Shown here: in pieces, positions 47,877 to 60,200 of the stretch
Position numbering within the stretch: position 1 is the stretch's first letter
Layout of the letters: each line of letters starts with the position of its first letter
Source: Intoshia linei
Lineage: Eukaryota; Animalia; Orthonectida
Assembly (NCBI GenBank): GCA_001642005.1
Contig: LWCA01000018.1
Coordinates: 1 to 64,000, forward strand
Length of the DNA stretch: 64,000 nucleotides
Direction of reading: 5' to 3'
The notes under the pieces: model-generated
The model's input: only the letters and a program-made list of their open reading frames with translations
Database searches by the model: none
What the model was told of the DNA's origin: nothing
Made by a program: the position numbers and the translations under genes

Positions 47877-50800
47877 TCAATCGAAAACTTTTCTTTTGTT
47901 TTGATTGTTAAAATTTCCAGAGTGTCTTGAACCGTTGGAATTTGAATTGTTAAATCTTTTATTTCCTCTATTAAATCCGTTTGATCCACGGAAGGAACGA
48001 TTGTTATTGTTGTCTCTACGGTTAAAATTTCCATTGCCATTTCCACGCCTAGAGTCGTTAGATCGATTGAAACTGCGACCGCTTTGAAAAGTTGGTCGAC
48101 TCGCAAATTTTTCTAATTCTACAAGTTCGGTAGCTTTCGATAATTGTAGATATCCAGAATCTTCCCAGTGTTCTTCAACATATTCAACCAATTTGTTGGG
48201 TATATCAAACATGCAGCCCTAAAAATTGATTAAAACATGTTAGGAAATAAAATTACCATATTGTCTGCCATAATGTTTAAATTTTTAATTTCTTCTGTAA
48301 TATCTGGGAATTTTTCGTTAAAAATATTCCAAATGTATCTCTTGGTGCGAACTTCATTGTCAGATGTAATTTGAAATGTAGTGTAACCCTAATTTTAAAA
48401 AGTATTATAATTTATTTTAGCACGTTTATAATCAGTCTTCAATTTAAAGGCCTTTACAATATATTTAATCTAAAAATCTAGTCCTCATTAAATGAAAAAA
48501 ATATTTTTAATTTTTAATCTATTCAGAAAAAAGTTGACCATCAGATTCGAGCGTCTTAACCCTTTCACTGTCTGATACAATTTTATGTACTATCACCACG
48601 TCTGGAATTTATATTTTAATTTAAACTTGTATTATTTTTAAATTACCTATGTGAAAATGTATGAAAATAAAAGAATAAAGTTTTTCAAATTATGCTGTGT
48701 ATAGTATAGAATACACAGGCAGTGAAAGGGTTAAACCATTTCATAATCTCATTTTGTAATTTTAATAAATAAATACCTTTCGGCCGTCGATAATTGACGA
48801 ACTACTAAGACAGTCTTTACCACACAAAACAACCAACGCTTTAGCTATTGCACTTTCGGCACCACCAATTTCAGCAATAAGCTTAGCAGCAGTTAAATGT
48901 AATTTATCAGACAAGATATCGTCAATATCCTTAATTTTTCTAAAAAAATATTTTAAAAAATGTGAGAATTCTGACATCTAGCAAGAAACAAAAACCAAAA
49001 ATAAAACAACTTAATTTAATGTAAATTCCCTCTGAAGAACGGAAGTCCGATACAATTTTTAAAATTACCTAATTATCCGAATCTTTCGATATTATGGTGA
49101 AAATTGAAAAACTTACTAGACCAATAAGACATTTAACCTTACTCTAGACCAGTGGTTTCAGTTGAGGTTCGTGAATTTCAAATAAAATAAATATTTTGAA
49201 CGTAATACGAACTCCGTATACTATTTAAATCGGGAACCACTGCCCTAGACACTCCCTCTAAATAAACCAAGTCATCAAAAATATTTCAAATTTTTAGGAC
49301 CCAATTCTATTATTTTAATACTAAAATTTTTATAAAAATAAATGTTGAGCGACAAAGACGAACATACGACACTCGACGTTACCGAAAATAAAAAATGGAC
49401 TCCTAACGTAAAATATGCGTAATATCACATAGCCTTAGCCACCTGTTAAGGATTTTAACTTGACACAAAATTGTCATGATATTCAAGAATATAACTTTAA
49501 TATATAAAAAGTACTCAATAGACTCCTCAATTTCCGCGTCAATCATATTATCGACAGTAGGCATTCCAACACGTTGAAATTTAATTTTCTAGAATAAATA
49601 AAAAAAATAAAATTTTTATTTACTGCAATTCTTTCAATCTTATTAATTTGATCTTGCTGTTCTCTCTTGTATAAACAGATACATACTCCGTTTTTCCCAG
49701 CTCTAGCAGTTCTGCCGGATCTGTGAATATAGCTTTCAACAAGATTTGGTGTACCGCATTGAATAACCAAATCAATTTGTAAATCAATTCCTCTTGAAGC
49801 GACATCTGTAGTGATGAGTATTTTAAATTTCCCTTTTCTAAAATCAGCTAGAATGGCCTCTCTGCTTTCTTGAGCAACATTACCATGCAAAACACGACCA
49901 TGTATTTTTTCAATGCCACCCAATTCATCAGCGTCCCTTTTAGTTTCGCAAAATATAATCACTCGACCAGACGAACCTTCCTGATGGGCATACATTTTAA
50001 TGAGTCTACAAATAGCTTGAGGTCGATCGTGGTACCCGCATAACATGGAAAGATGCTAAATAAAACATTACACAGCATATTCAGCATACTTACATTAATA
50101 TTCTGACCAGTCTGATTTCCATCACTAGCTACAAGATCGACAGTTTTGTATTTGGGTGACAAATATTTGGAAGAATTTTTTTTTAACCAAGTTGGTAGGG
50201 TGGCAGAAAAAAACAATGATTGTGGTTTATTTTCTTCATCATATGTAGCACAATCCAAAATTTCTTCAACTGGCTCAGAAAAACCCATATCCAACATTCT
50301 GTCGACTTCATCCAAAATAACGTGTTTTAAACCAGATAAATCTATTCTATCACTATTGATGTGGTCTAATATTCTCCCAGGTGTTCCAATTAAAATGTCT
50401 ATTCCTCTTCGAATGGCTGCAACTAAATTACATATTAAGAAAGATTCAATAAAATAATACTCTGTGGTTTATAGTCTGTTCCGCCATAAAAACAAGATAT
50501 TTTAAGCGTAGAGCTTAATTTTTTAAATGTAGCGTCAATTTGATTTGCTAATTCGCGGGTTGGTGTCAAGATAATTACACTTATTTTTTTTGAATTGGTT
50601 TGCTTTGTTTCAATTTTTTCGATCAATGGTAATGCAAAAGCCAACTAATATTCAAAATTACATTGTTAATAAATAATACGATACTGTTTTTCCAGTCCCA
50701 GTTCCTAAATGACAATCATAATTAATCTGTATATTTATCAATGCTAATCAAAACTTACTTGCTTTACCCACAACGTCTTGGTTATTGAATATATAATTGT

Positions 50801-52845
50801 AAGTTTTATATTGAATTGGAAATAATTTTGTAATTCCCATGTCTAATCATTTAAAAATTAAATTAACAATATTTAAACAAAACCTGTCAATTTTTTTACG
50901 GTGGTTGGTCGAATATTATAATTTGAAAAACACGTCACATCCTAAATTAAGTGTTATTAAAAATAGATTTACGATATAGTACACAATTATAATATTAAAT
51001 TAGGTGTATTCACGGTGTTTAATATGGCCATGAATGCTTATTCATTTTCAATACTATTTACATTATTGATTTGCTGAAATTTTGCAAACTAAAATGTGTA
51101 AATAAACGCTAATAAGTACTTCATACTAGTGGTCCCGATTCAAACCATGTGCGGACAAACATTTCAAAATATTTATTTTTTTGGACCCCAAAGGAAACAT
51201 GAAAAAATTAAAGGTTTTTCTCATATGATTTGGTAAAATCGTTTTTCAAAAAAATTTTGGAAAAAGGGAATTTTCCCTTAAGGGTTGGTAAAATTAGATT
51301 TTTATATTGTGATTGGATAAAATGGACTTTTATCATAATGTTTGGTATAATCGAATTTTTCAAAAAAATATAGAAAAAAGGGATTTTCCCTTAAGGGTTG
51401 GTAAAATTAATTTTTTATTTTTGAGTTGGATTAAGTTCATTTTTCTCATCAGGTTTGGTAAAATCTGATTTTTAAAAAAAATATTATAAAAAGGGGATTT
51501 TTCCTAACGATTGAAATTTATTTTTATTAAATATTATTAAATTTTATTGATTCCGGAATAAAAGTGGGATTTTTGAAATAATAATGTAGTGGTCGTATAA
51601 GCTTTTGGAAAATTCCAAACGTCTGGCAATTCTGTAATACATATTAAAAATTCTATAAAAATAAAGAAAAGTTGATAAATTTTTTATTTTCTTTTGACTC
51701 ACGAACTCCAGGCATCTACTTTTGAACTTTAAAGGGTTTCAGGAACCCAAATCGGGAACCACTGCTTTATACGAATTGTGCGTTATGTTATACTTATGTA
51801 TTGAGGATAGTATTGACATATTGAACATGGATTATTGTCACGCGTTACATTGACAAAGACAGGAAAGAAGACATCTTTCTTATCAAGAAATATCTCCAAT
51901 GTTCCCTATCGACAGGTCGCACTGTAATTCATTCTAGATTTTTTTTCATTTTAAAAAAATTGAACCAAATTTATTTTAAAACTACATCAACTAAAAGTAC
52001 AACTTTGTTATTATCATTTTTGTATTTATTACAATGCTGATAAAATTCATCCGAAATGTGCTTCTGCTAATTATTGATACTGAACATACAAATTCGTTTA
52101 CAATTTAAATTCTTAATGTTAAAATTAGATAAGTCCACCCTCGACAGAGCTAGGTACTGTTTGTACGTAGTCCAAAACAGCCAAGCTCGTAGTTATATAT
52201 TAACGATTAAACCAATCAATTAAAACTATTTCGCTACGCTTCTAAAAAAATAGTGACAAGTACATTACTCACATGGTTTTTTCATAAATAGAATTTTAAA
52301 ATACAACCCACTCAACCAATCAATAATATTTCATATTTTAACAGGTGAGTTTCAACAATGTAAATAAAATTTAGTATGTTTCTAAACTCTGTGTAGACTA
52401 AGCCTTGGTAAACAATATTTGTAAAGGGGTACTGAATAAGCCAAAACATTAACATAATTGAAATTCATCAACTAAAAATTCACTGGAGATCAAATCAAAT
52501 GGAGAATCTAAAGATGACTGACAATTTTAGAAAATCGCTATATTCTTAATATCTAATATTTGATAAACATTATATTGGAATGTTTATGCAATGAATATAC
52601 ATTTTTAGAATATATCATGAAGTATATAAATAACATTAATCAAAAATTACATTATCTGAAATGACTTCGATGTCACTGATAAGTTCACGTTTTATATCTA
52701 ATTTAATTTTTTTCTCAACAGTTTCATTTAAATCTGTATCTGAAATGTCTTCCAATTCCTTTTTTCGCTTTATAATTTTTTTCTAAAATATTAAATATTA
52801 TCCCAAATAATCAAGAAATACTTTTTTATTTTCAGATTTCGACAT
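47877..52845 (-). CDS. DDX21: Nucleolar DEAD-box RNA helicase DDX21/DDX50, 12 exons
   Basis: LFPIQ, RTGTGKT (20-nt microexon 50704-50685), PTRELA, TPGR, DEVD, SAT, HRSGRTARAG, GUCT-like region, (F/N)RG tail. Confidence 0.93.
48560..48730. mobile_element. piggyBac-type MITE in a DDX21 intron
   Basis: TTAA|CCCTTTCACTGTCTG...CAGGCAGTGAAAGGG|TTAA. Confidence 0.92.
49150..49242. mobile_element. 93-bp hAT MITE
   Basis: CAGTGGTTTC / GGAACCACTG; TSD CTCTAGAC / CCCTAGAC. Confidence 0.85.
51127..51764. mobile_element. hAT element with internal minisatellite in DDX21 intron 2
   Basis: TAGTGGTCCCGATT / AATCGGGAACCACTG; TSD CTTCATAC / CTTTATAC; same terminus at 39544 and 56879. Confidence 0.85.
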
Positions 52846-53034
52846 GTGACCAACGATAAAATACTCTAATATTGTTGAAATGAAATATTACCAATGGTTA
52901 TGCGATATAACCTTGGAAATATTTTAGATTCTGGAATTGAAATTATAAAATTTTGCGTATTAACGATATTTATTTTTGTTTATTGACTCATACATTTGAC
53001 TAAATTGAATATCTACTCAGATATACTCTTTCCA

Positions 53035-54168
53035 ATGTCCCTCAATTCGGTAACATTTAAGTGGATTTTTGGGTTTTTTTAAAAATGTTTATTTAGTCGC
53101 ACACTAAAGAAGGAAACTTGATTTTGTATAGAGGGGAACAGTATGTTATTGTAAATTACAATTAATTTCGATTAATAGGTTACTGTTAAAATGTAAAAAT
53201 ATTGATTTGAAAGCGGATTATCCGAAACCTCATTTTTCTAAAAAAATGAACGGATGCATATTTTTAACTACCCACCGCGTAACACTTGTACTATTTCGTG
53301 TAGTTCTTTGAGTTTTTATGATACTATTTTTACTTATATTTTAGATTATTTTCATCAATAAAAACCCATCTAGTGCTTGTGGTTCCATTTGTGCTAATTT
53401 TAACAATGCAAAGAATATTAAAATTGAACAACCGATTTTTGGAGCTAACAAAATATTGGCAAATTTAAATTCCGAGTGTTTTAGTAATACATTAGTTTTT
53501 TTTGAGAAATAATATTAGATAACAATGTGGCGGAATTTCCAATAACACTTTGGTTTAATAATGGCGGGGCTATTGATTTTGCTACAACCTGGAAGCGAGT
53601 TGTTCAGCAAAGTAATTTATATGTTAGTTTTTACGTTAACTAAAAATTTTAGTGTCAAATCGCTATAATACTCGAATTTATATTACGCAAATGCTTAACA
53701 CCAATACTTGTTATATGGCTTATTCTCAAGCAAATTTTACAAATACAACCGCATATCCTTATATGCCCTATGATCAGTTTCCTGTGGGCAATACTGGTTA
53801 TTTTTTTGATTAATAAGTGTCATGTCAAATGTAGAAATTTTTAATTGTAAATTTCGGCACAGTAGGACCAATATTGTGATTTTATTGACTAGGCGGATTT
53901 TTAATACTATTCATTTGATTTTCATAAATAATGGCAAAAATGTCTTTGAATTTGTTATTCAACGTTGAAATGTTTGTTTGTTTAAATGTATGAATGTAGA
54001 TAATGTACTCATTACAAATTTACCACCACCGTATCCTGGGTTGAATAATTCTGCCGTTGATACAACTCAAACTGCTTTTACTCCCACGTCAAGTAATTAT
54101 ACTGTTTATATTAGGTATACTTTTAATTTTTAGAAGACCCAACTTTACCTCCAGCCTATATTCCATAA
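53035..54168 (+). CDS. WBP2: WW domain-binding protein 2 (GRAM domain + PPxY)
   Basis: Spliced MSLNSSHT.., GCIFLTTHRIIF, IEQPIFGAN, FNNGGAIDF, PPPYPG, PPAY; about 8 small exons. Not in the ORF track. Confidence 0.9.
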
Positions 54169-54246
54169 TAGTATAAATATAAATAATTATTAATTAATCA
54201 AGTGAAAATGTGTTGATTATTTAATTTCAATAAAGTATTTACAATT

Positions 54247-57200
54247 TTACAAATATGGTAATCCTGGTAGAGGATCTCTTGACCTTGCAATGTTCTTAAT
54301 ACTCGAGTTTTTGTATAATGGTTCCGGGTTTTCGTGTTCATTAGTACTGAGCATTCTATTTTCTTCCGCTATTCTAGGTATTGTCACGTTTGTTATTTCA
54401 TCAACAAATGTAGGTGGGAGATCTGGTAGCGGTCCTTCGGTTGAACTGTGCATTTTTTTGATATTTACATAATACCCTTCATTTAAACAGTGGGTACTCT
54501 AAAAAGGCAATATATTTGATTTAAAATAATGGAAAACTGATAAATCAGAGGTGGGGAAACTGCGGCCTTCTGAACCATCTGAATTTATTATTAAAATACT
54601 GGTAAAAGCGTTTTTTTTAAATAAAAATGTATACATTTAATGGGATGCCAATTGTTTTTAAAATTTTTACGCAAATGTTAACAAAACAAAATTAAGATGG
54701 AATAATTCACTTTAAAGTAAAAAGTAATGTGATATGACGGTTCCACCTAAAACATGTTTGGGAACCACTCTTTTAAAGGATTGATAATAGTGAATAGTAG
54801 GATTTTTAAATTAGATTTTCAACGTGAATTTATTTTTTTGGTAAAATAAAAATGTGCACTCGGCAGACCTAGGTGCTGTTTGTACGTAGTACATAACAGT
54901 CAATCTAGGTAAAATATTTAAGGGTTGGTAAAATTTTGGTTTTTTCTCATAAGATTTTACTAAATTGAATAAAATATGCTAAAAATTTATCTTTCACCCC
55001 AATCATCTAAAATTTTCGTATTCATCCCTAATAAAATTATTCACCACATGAAAAACACTGCTGCATTAGATTAAATTTTATTTAGAAAGGTGCGGCCTTA
55101 TTAATTTTTTTTGGGACGTTAGTTCAGCCTTCGAACAGTAAATGCTTCCCCATCTGTGGCATAAACCCATAACTGTATAATATATACTGTATATTAAGGT
55201 GTCTCAAAAAAAATGAAAAATTATATTTTTGAACATAATTAGGTATAATAGTGATCAAGTATAAAAAAAATGATATTTCCAAAATATTAATGCATTTCAA
55301 CGAATATTGAAGATATCCTGACCATTTAAAATTTTCTATATATTACAAAATTAAAAATGAACTTTATTTTAAGATAAATTGGTGTTCGAGCTTTCAAACG
55401 TGGTACCGACTTCATAATATTGTTCTCCATGTTTAGCTATACAGTTTATTTTTTTAAATTTGTAATATATAGTATATATATAGAAAACTTTAAATGGTCA
55501 GACTATCTTCACCGTTATTAGTTGGCTGAAAATATTTTACAATAGTTAATATTTTAGTAATACTATAATTTTAAACCCTAAGGATATTTTTTCTAAATAC
55601 CCATGAGAAACCTTATTGTATATCATAGAAAAGTAATAATTAAATTGAAAAATTACTATTTTTGATCTTTTATGAAATAGTTTATATAATTTTATAAATC
55701 TTGCGTAATTAAATATTTATATAAATTCACAGTAACCCATACACTGTACATTGTACATAAAATACACTTTTTTAACTCAATATGGGTAAAAGTGGATTTT
55801 TGCCTTAAGGGTTGGTAAATTTTGATGTTAAGTAAAAATTGTTACATTTAAGTAGACGCCTAAAATTTATATTGTCTTTTTTTGTAATTGTAATTTCGTT
55901 TTAGTGGCTCGCCAAAAATTTTAGCTTCAATTACCGGTTTACAAAAAATATTGAATAGTGAAAATTTAATTAATTCTCCAATTTGGACCCAATACACCTG
56001 GAAGTAAAAAATTTCAGTGTATGATAATCAGCTTATAAATAGATTTAAAGATCTATTAAATCTGTACATTCCTGAATGGATTGGAAATTCATTTGATGTA
56101 GATGCGGCATTTATAATACAAAATAAAATTCCGCTTTTTGAAAATTTGAGTATTCTTTTAAATAAAACTTTTATTATTAAAAAATTTTAGCATAGATTTA
56201 AAATTTAAATGTACACAATGATACTAACACTGCGACTAATACAACTTTGTAAGATTTTTCAGGTGCGAGATCAATAAGTGGGGAATGCGTGGGTTAGACT
56301 GTATATTGAAATGCACTAAAAAAATTGAAAATTTTAAAATTACAATTTCTCGAGATGTCATTGGATATGCACAGCTGGTTTCGGAACTACAATCAGAATG
56401 TAAATTATTCGAGGAAATGACTTGATTTCCCTTAATAATACCAAAGTTGTCAATATTTTGACTTTGAGGTACTCGATATTGTAAACTAAAAATATTTATT
56501 AAGTACATATATTTCAAAATTATATAAAATATATTTTATTATTAACAAAATCTGCATCTGAAAACAGGGTTCCCAACATGGGCAATGTGGCCCAATGGGC
56601 CACTTTAATACACAAAAATAATGGACAAATTCAAAATTTTTCTATTTAACGTACAAATTATTAACCCTGACGTTTAAAAACTTTTTGTTTCAATCAATTT
56701 TACTAAAAAAGATATTTAAAAAAATGTACCTACCTGCAAACAAAAACAACTTACGACTGTGGACATTCCATGTGATCATAATGCAATATATCATTTTATA
56801 ATGGTTCCCAATAATGGAAGAATCGACCTCTTTGGACTGATTCAAGATTTTCATTATTAATTATGTGCGTAGTTAAATCAGTGGTTCCCGATTCAAATAA
56901 TGAAGGACCCCATTTCAAAACTATTTTTCATAATTTATTTTTTGGGCCCAAAGAAAACATGAAATATACATGTATAACATTTATGAAAAAATTAAAAGTT
57001 AATTTAAAATTAATCAATTTAAATCTTAAAAATAATGTGACATTTTAATTATTTATTATAGCTCATGTTAAAATATATTGTTACTTTATTTTCATTCATA
57101 AAAAACGGACAAAAATGTCCTCTGCGAGTAGTAAAGGGTTAAGGAGAATTTAAAATATTTTTATCAAAGTTATATTTTGATTTTAGCCATTTTGTCAAAT

Positions 57201-60200
57201 CGGACTTAAACTATCTCAATGTCAAAGTAAATTTTTTACGGCCGTAGTATCAACTAGTAAAGTAGCTTTGCCAGTGAATTGGTGGAAAGGTTGTGCACCC
57301 TGTAATAGAGCATGGCTTCTCAAACTAGGAATCTATTTAGTTTACATACATTATCTATTGTTATGAATATTTGTTGATACAAATGTAAAATAATTAAAAT
57401 TACTTGTCTTGGAGTTGATAAATATTTCTTGAATTTGTTAAATTTTTTAAGGCTTGAATGGAAGAAGACAATTTGTGTCTACTTTTGGAGTTGCTATTTC
57501 GGCGACTTAGACTATTTTTGTTTAATGTAGCAAAGTCAGTATTCAAATTAACATAATTGACTTCATCAAAGTAATTTGTACAAATTTGCTGCCCTGTAGT
57601 AATACCCGTATTAACTTGATTAGAATAGCACAATTTTTGAAGTAAAGAATGTTTTGATCCAGAAACACAGAGAACGGAAATTATAATTATTATAATCATA
57701 ATAAAGATTAATGCAATAATAACCATAAACCACCATTTCATGTAAATTGGTTCATATTTCCAATTTTCAATGCTAATAAAAGACGAAGGAGAGCTCGGGT
57801 ACCCTATTCCGTGCACATTCATCGGTACTATTCGTATTCTAAAATCAGTTTCAGGTGAGATTTCTTTCTTTGCTATCGATATATTCATTATATTGGCATT
57901 TGTTGTTCGTAAAGATATCCATTTATCTAAATTTTTTGAGAATCAGTTAATTAAATGTCGGTTTAAAAGTTAACCTTAGCTACCTATTTTTAATTTTGAA
58001 ATTTTTTAACATGTGTAAATACTCAACTTTAATTTAACAATATAATGTGAAATGACCGGTCCATGGTCAAACACGTTTAGGGATCACTACTTTAAAGGGT
58101 TCGTAAAATTTTTTGATACAATTTTAATAAGTACGGCCTTGTCAGATCTAGTAACTGTTTATGCAAAGTAGTGTATTCAACTTTTTTCTCAGTACTTTTT
58201 AATAAACTTTAAATATTTTACTGAAATTTTGCAGAATTGCTAGATGTTGGGATTTTATACCAAAGCCTAGACAACCGCTACATTATTATTTCAAAAATCC
58301 CACTTTTATCCCGGAATCAATAAAATTTAATAATATTTAATAAAAATACAATTTCAATCTTTAGGGAAAATCCCCTTTTTCAAAATTTTTTTTTAAAATA
58401 AACTTAATCCAACCCAAAATAAAAAATCAAATTTTACCAACTCTTAAATGAAGAATCTGATTTTACTAAATCTTATGAGAAAACCTCTTATTCCATCCCC
58501 AAAATAAAAATTCAATTACCTACTTTTATGGGAAAAATCCTCTTTTTCCAATACTTTTTAGAAAAACACGATTTATCAAATGTTATGAGTCATAACAACA
58601 ACTTATGACAAAAAAAACCAATTATTTCAACACAAAATAAAAAATCAGATTTTACCAAACCCTTCGAGGATTGTCGAACATACTCTACCGAGTCTCCTTC
58701 CATAGAGAATTTATCGACATTTTTGTAAAATTGGTGTCTCATTTTTCAAAATTGAACATTATGATAATTTATAAATATAATAAATAATTATAAATTGTAT
58801 ATTGGGATTATTATCTAATTGTTTGTGATGTAATGTAAATTTTAACAAAATACTTTTTACTGAGTTTTTTTAAAGGTACTTAAGTAGTGCTTGCGCTCGA
58901 GAAATTTCGAAAATTTAAATATTCTTAAATTTAAAATTATATTTGAAAATTTCTAAAATGTAGATAGTTATACATGCAAATTGTTGTATGAATGCAAAAA
59001 TAAAATCTTCAGAAAATAATCATTTTTAATTTTCGCTAATAAATGTAAGTGTGTACAAACAAAATAATTTCAGTTATTACAATAAAAAAACAACATTAAA
59101 TTTTACGGTAATTCAATTCAGTTGTATGATTTAATTTATTAATTTGGTATTAGATTGTTTCTCTTTAAGATTACCGTTATTTTCTACGAACATTTATAGG
59201 AATATTTTTAGTGAGAAAACTATAAGGCAAAATGCTCTATTTGGGGTACCATGATGAATTATAAAAATTCTTCTACACCTGGTTTACATCGTCACTTAAC
59301 ACGCGTACATTTTATGATCAAATCATTGGGTGAGCCTGTAAATAAAAAACAAACATAATTATTCTTCCATAATTAAAAATGTTTATTATATTACTAACAG
59401 TATGAGTTAATATTTTTTTCGAGAATTCTCGAGAAATTGCAAGCACTATACTTAAGTATTTACAAAGTTTTGAAAATTTAAAAAGTACTTAGTTGTACTG
59501 TGCTGGGTTAAAAAAACTAAGTTGAACACATTAGTACAACGTACATAACAGTAAAGCTAGTGTACTAATAAATAAAAAATTACGAAATTTTTCCTGTAAT
59601 TGCACAATAACTTGGTTAGACGGATCGGTAATATTATTTAAACTCAAGCCTGGAGTTTTATTCCAATTGATCAATAATCCTTCATAAACATCATTAACGA
59701 CAATATCATTTTCAACTTTGAAAACATTCTCAGAATAATCCATATTAAAACGAATAGTAAATTTTTCACCCAATCCAATTCTCGTCTCTGCAGTAATAGA
59801 GACATCATACAAACTATGAATTTTCCCTTCATAAAGTTGATAAAGACAATTGAAAAGAAGACTATCATTAAGATTAATCGTGTACTTAACAATATGCTCC
59901 TCTTTAACTTGCAATTCAACATATTCAACCAAATATGATTTAATAATTCCATTTGCTTTACGCGGTGCGCACCAAGTTACATTAATTTTAGTAACATCGT
60001 ACATGAATATTTGAAAATTCTCAACTAATCCCGGTGTAGATTCCAACGTAGTTATATTTGTCTGCATAACAATATCTGACATTTCAACTAAACCAACACG
60101 TTTAACAATAATATTATACTTTGTAAAAGGTAATAAATCTGACAGGAAAAAAAAATTGAAATTTCTGGAAACGTTATAAACTTTGACTGTATTACGTGAT

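Noticed and set aside
49032-49053. CTGAAGA..GATAC, hammerhead-like core
   Set aside because: GAAA is broken, stem II is incomplete, and there is no stem I/III or NUH site.
56236-56315. Possible additional sdk cytoplasmic exon
   Set aside because: No acceptor/donor pair keeps the frame to the last exon; the direct 56344-54498 junction is in frame.
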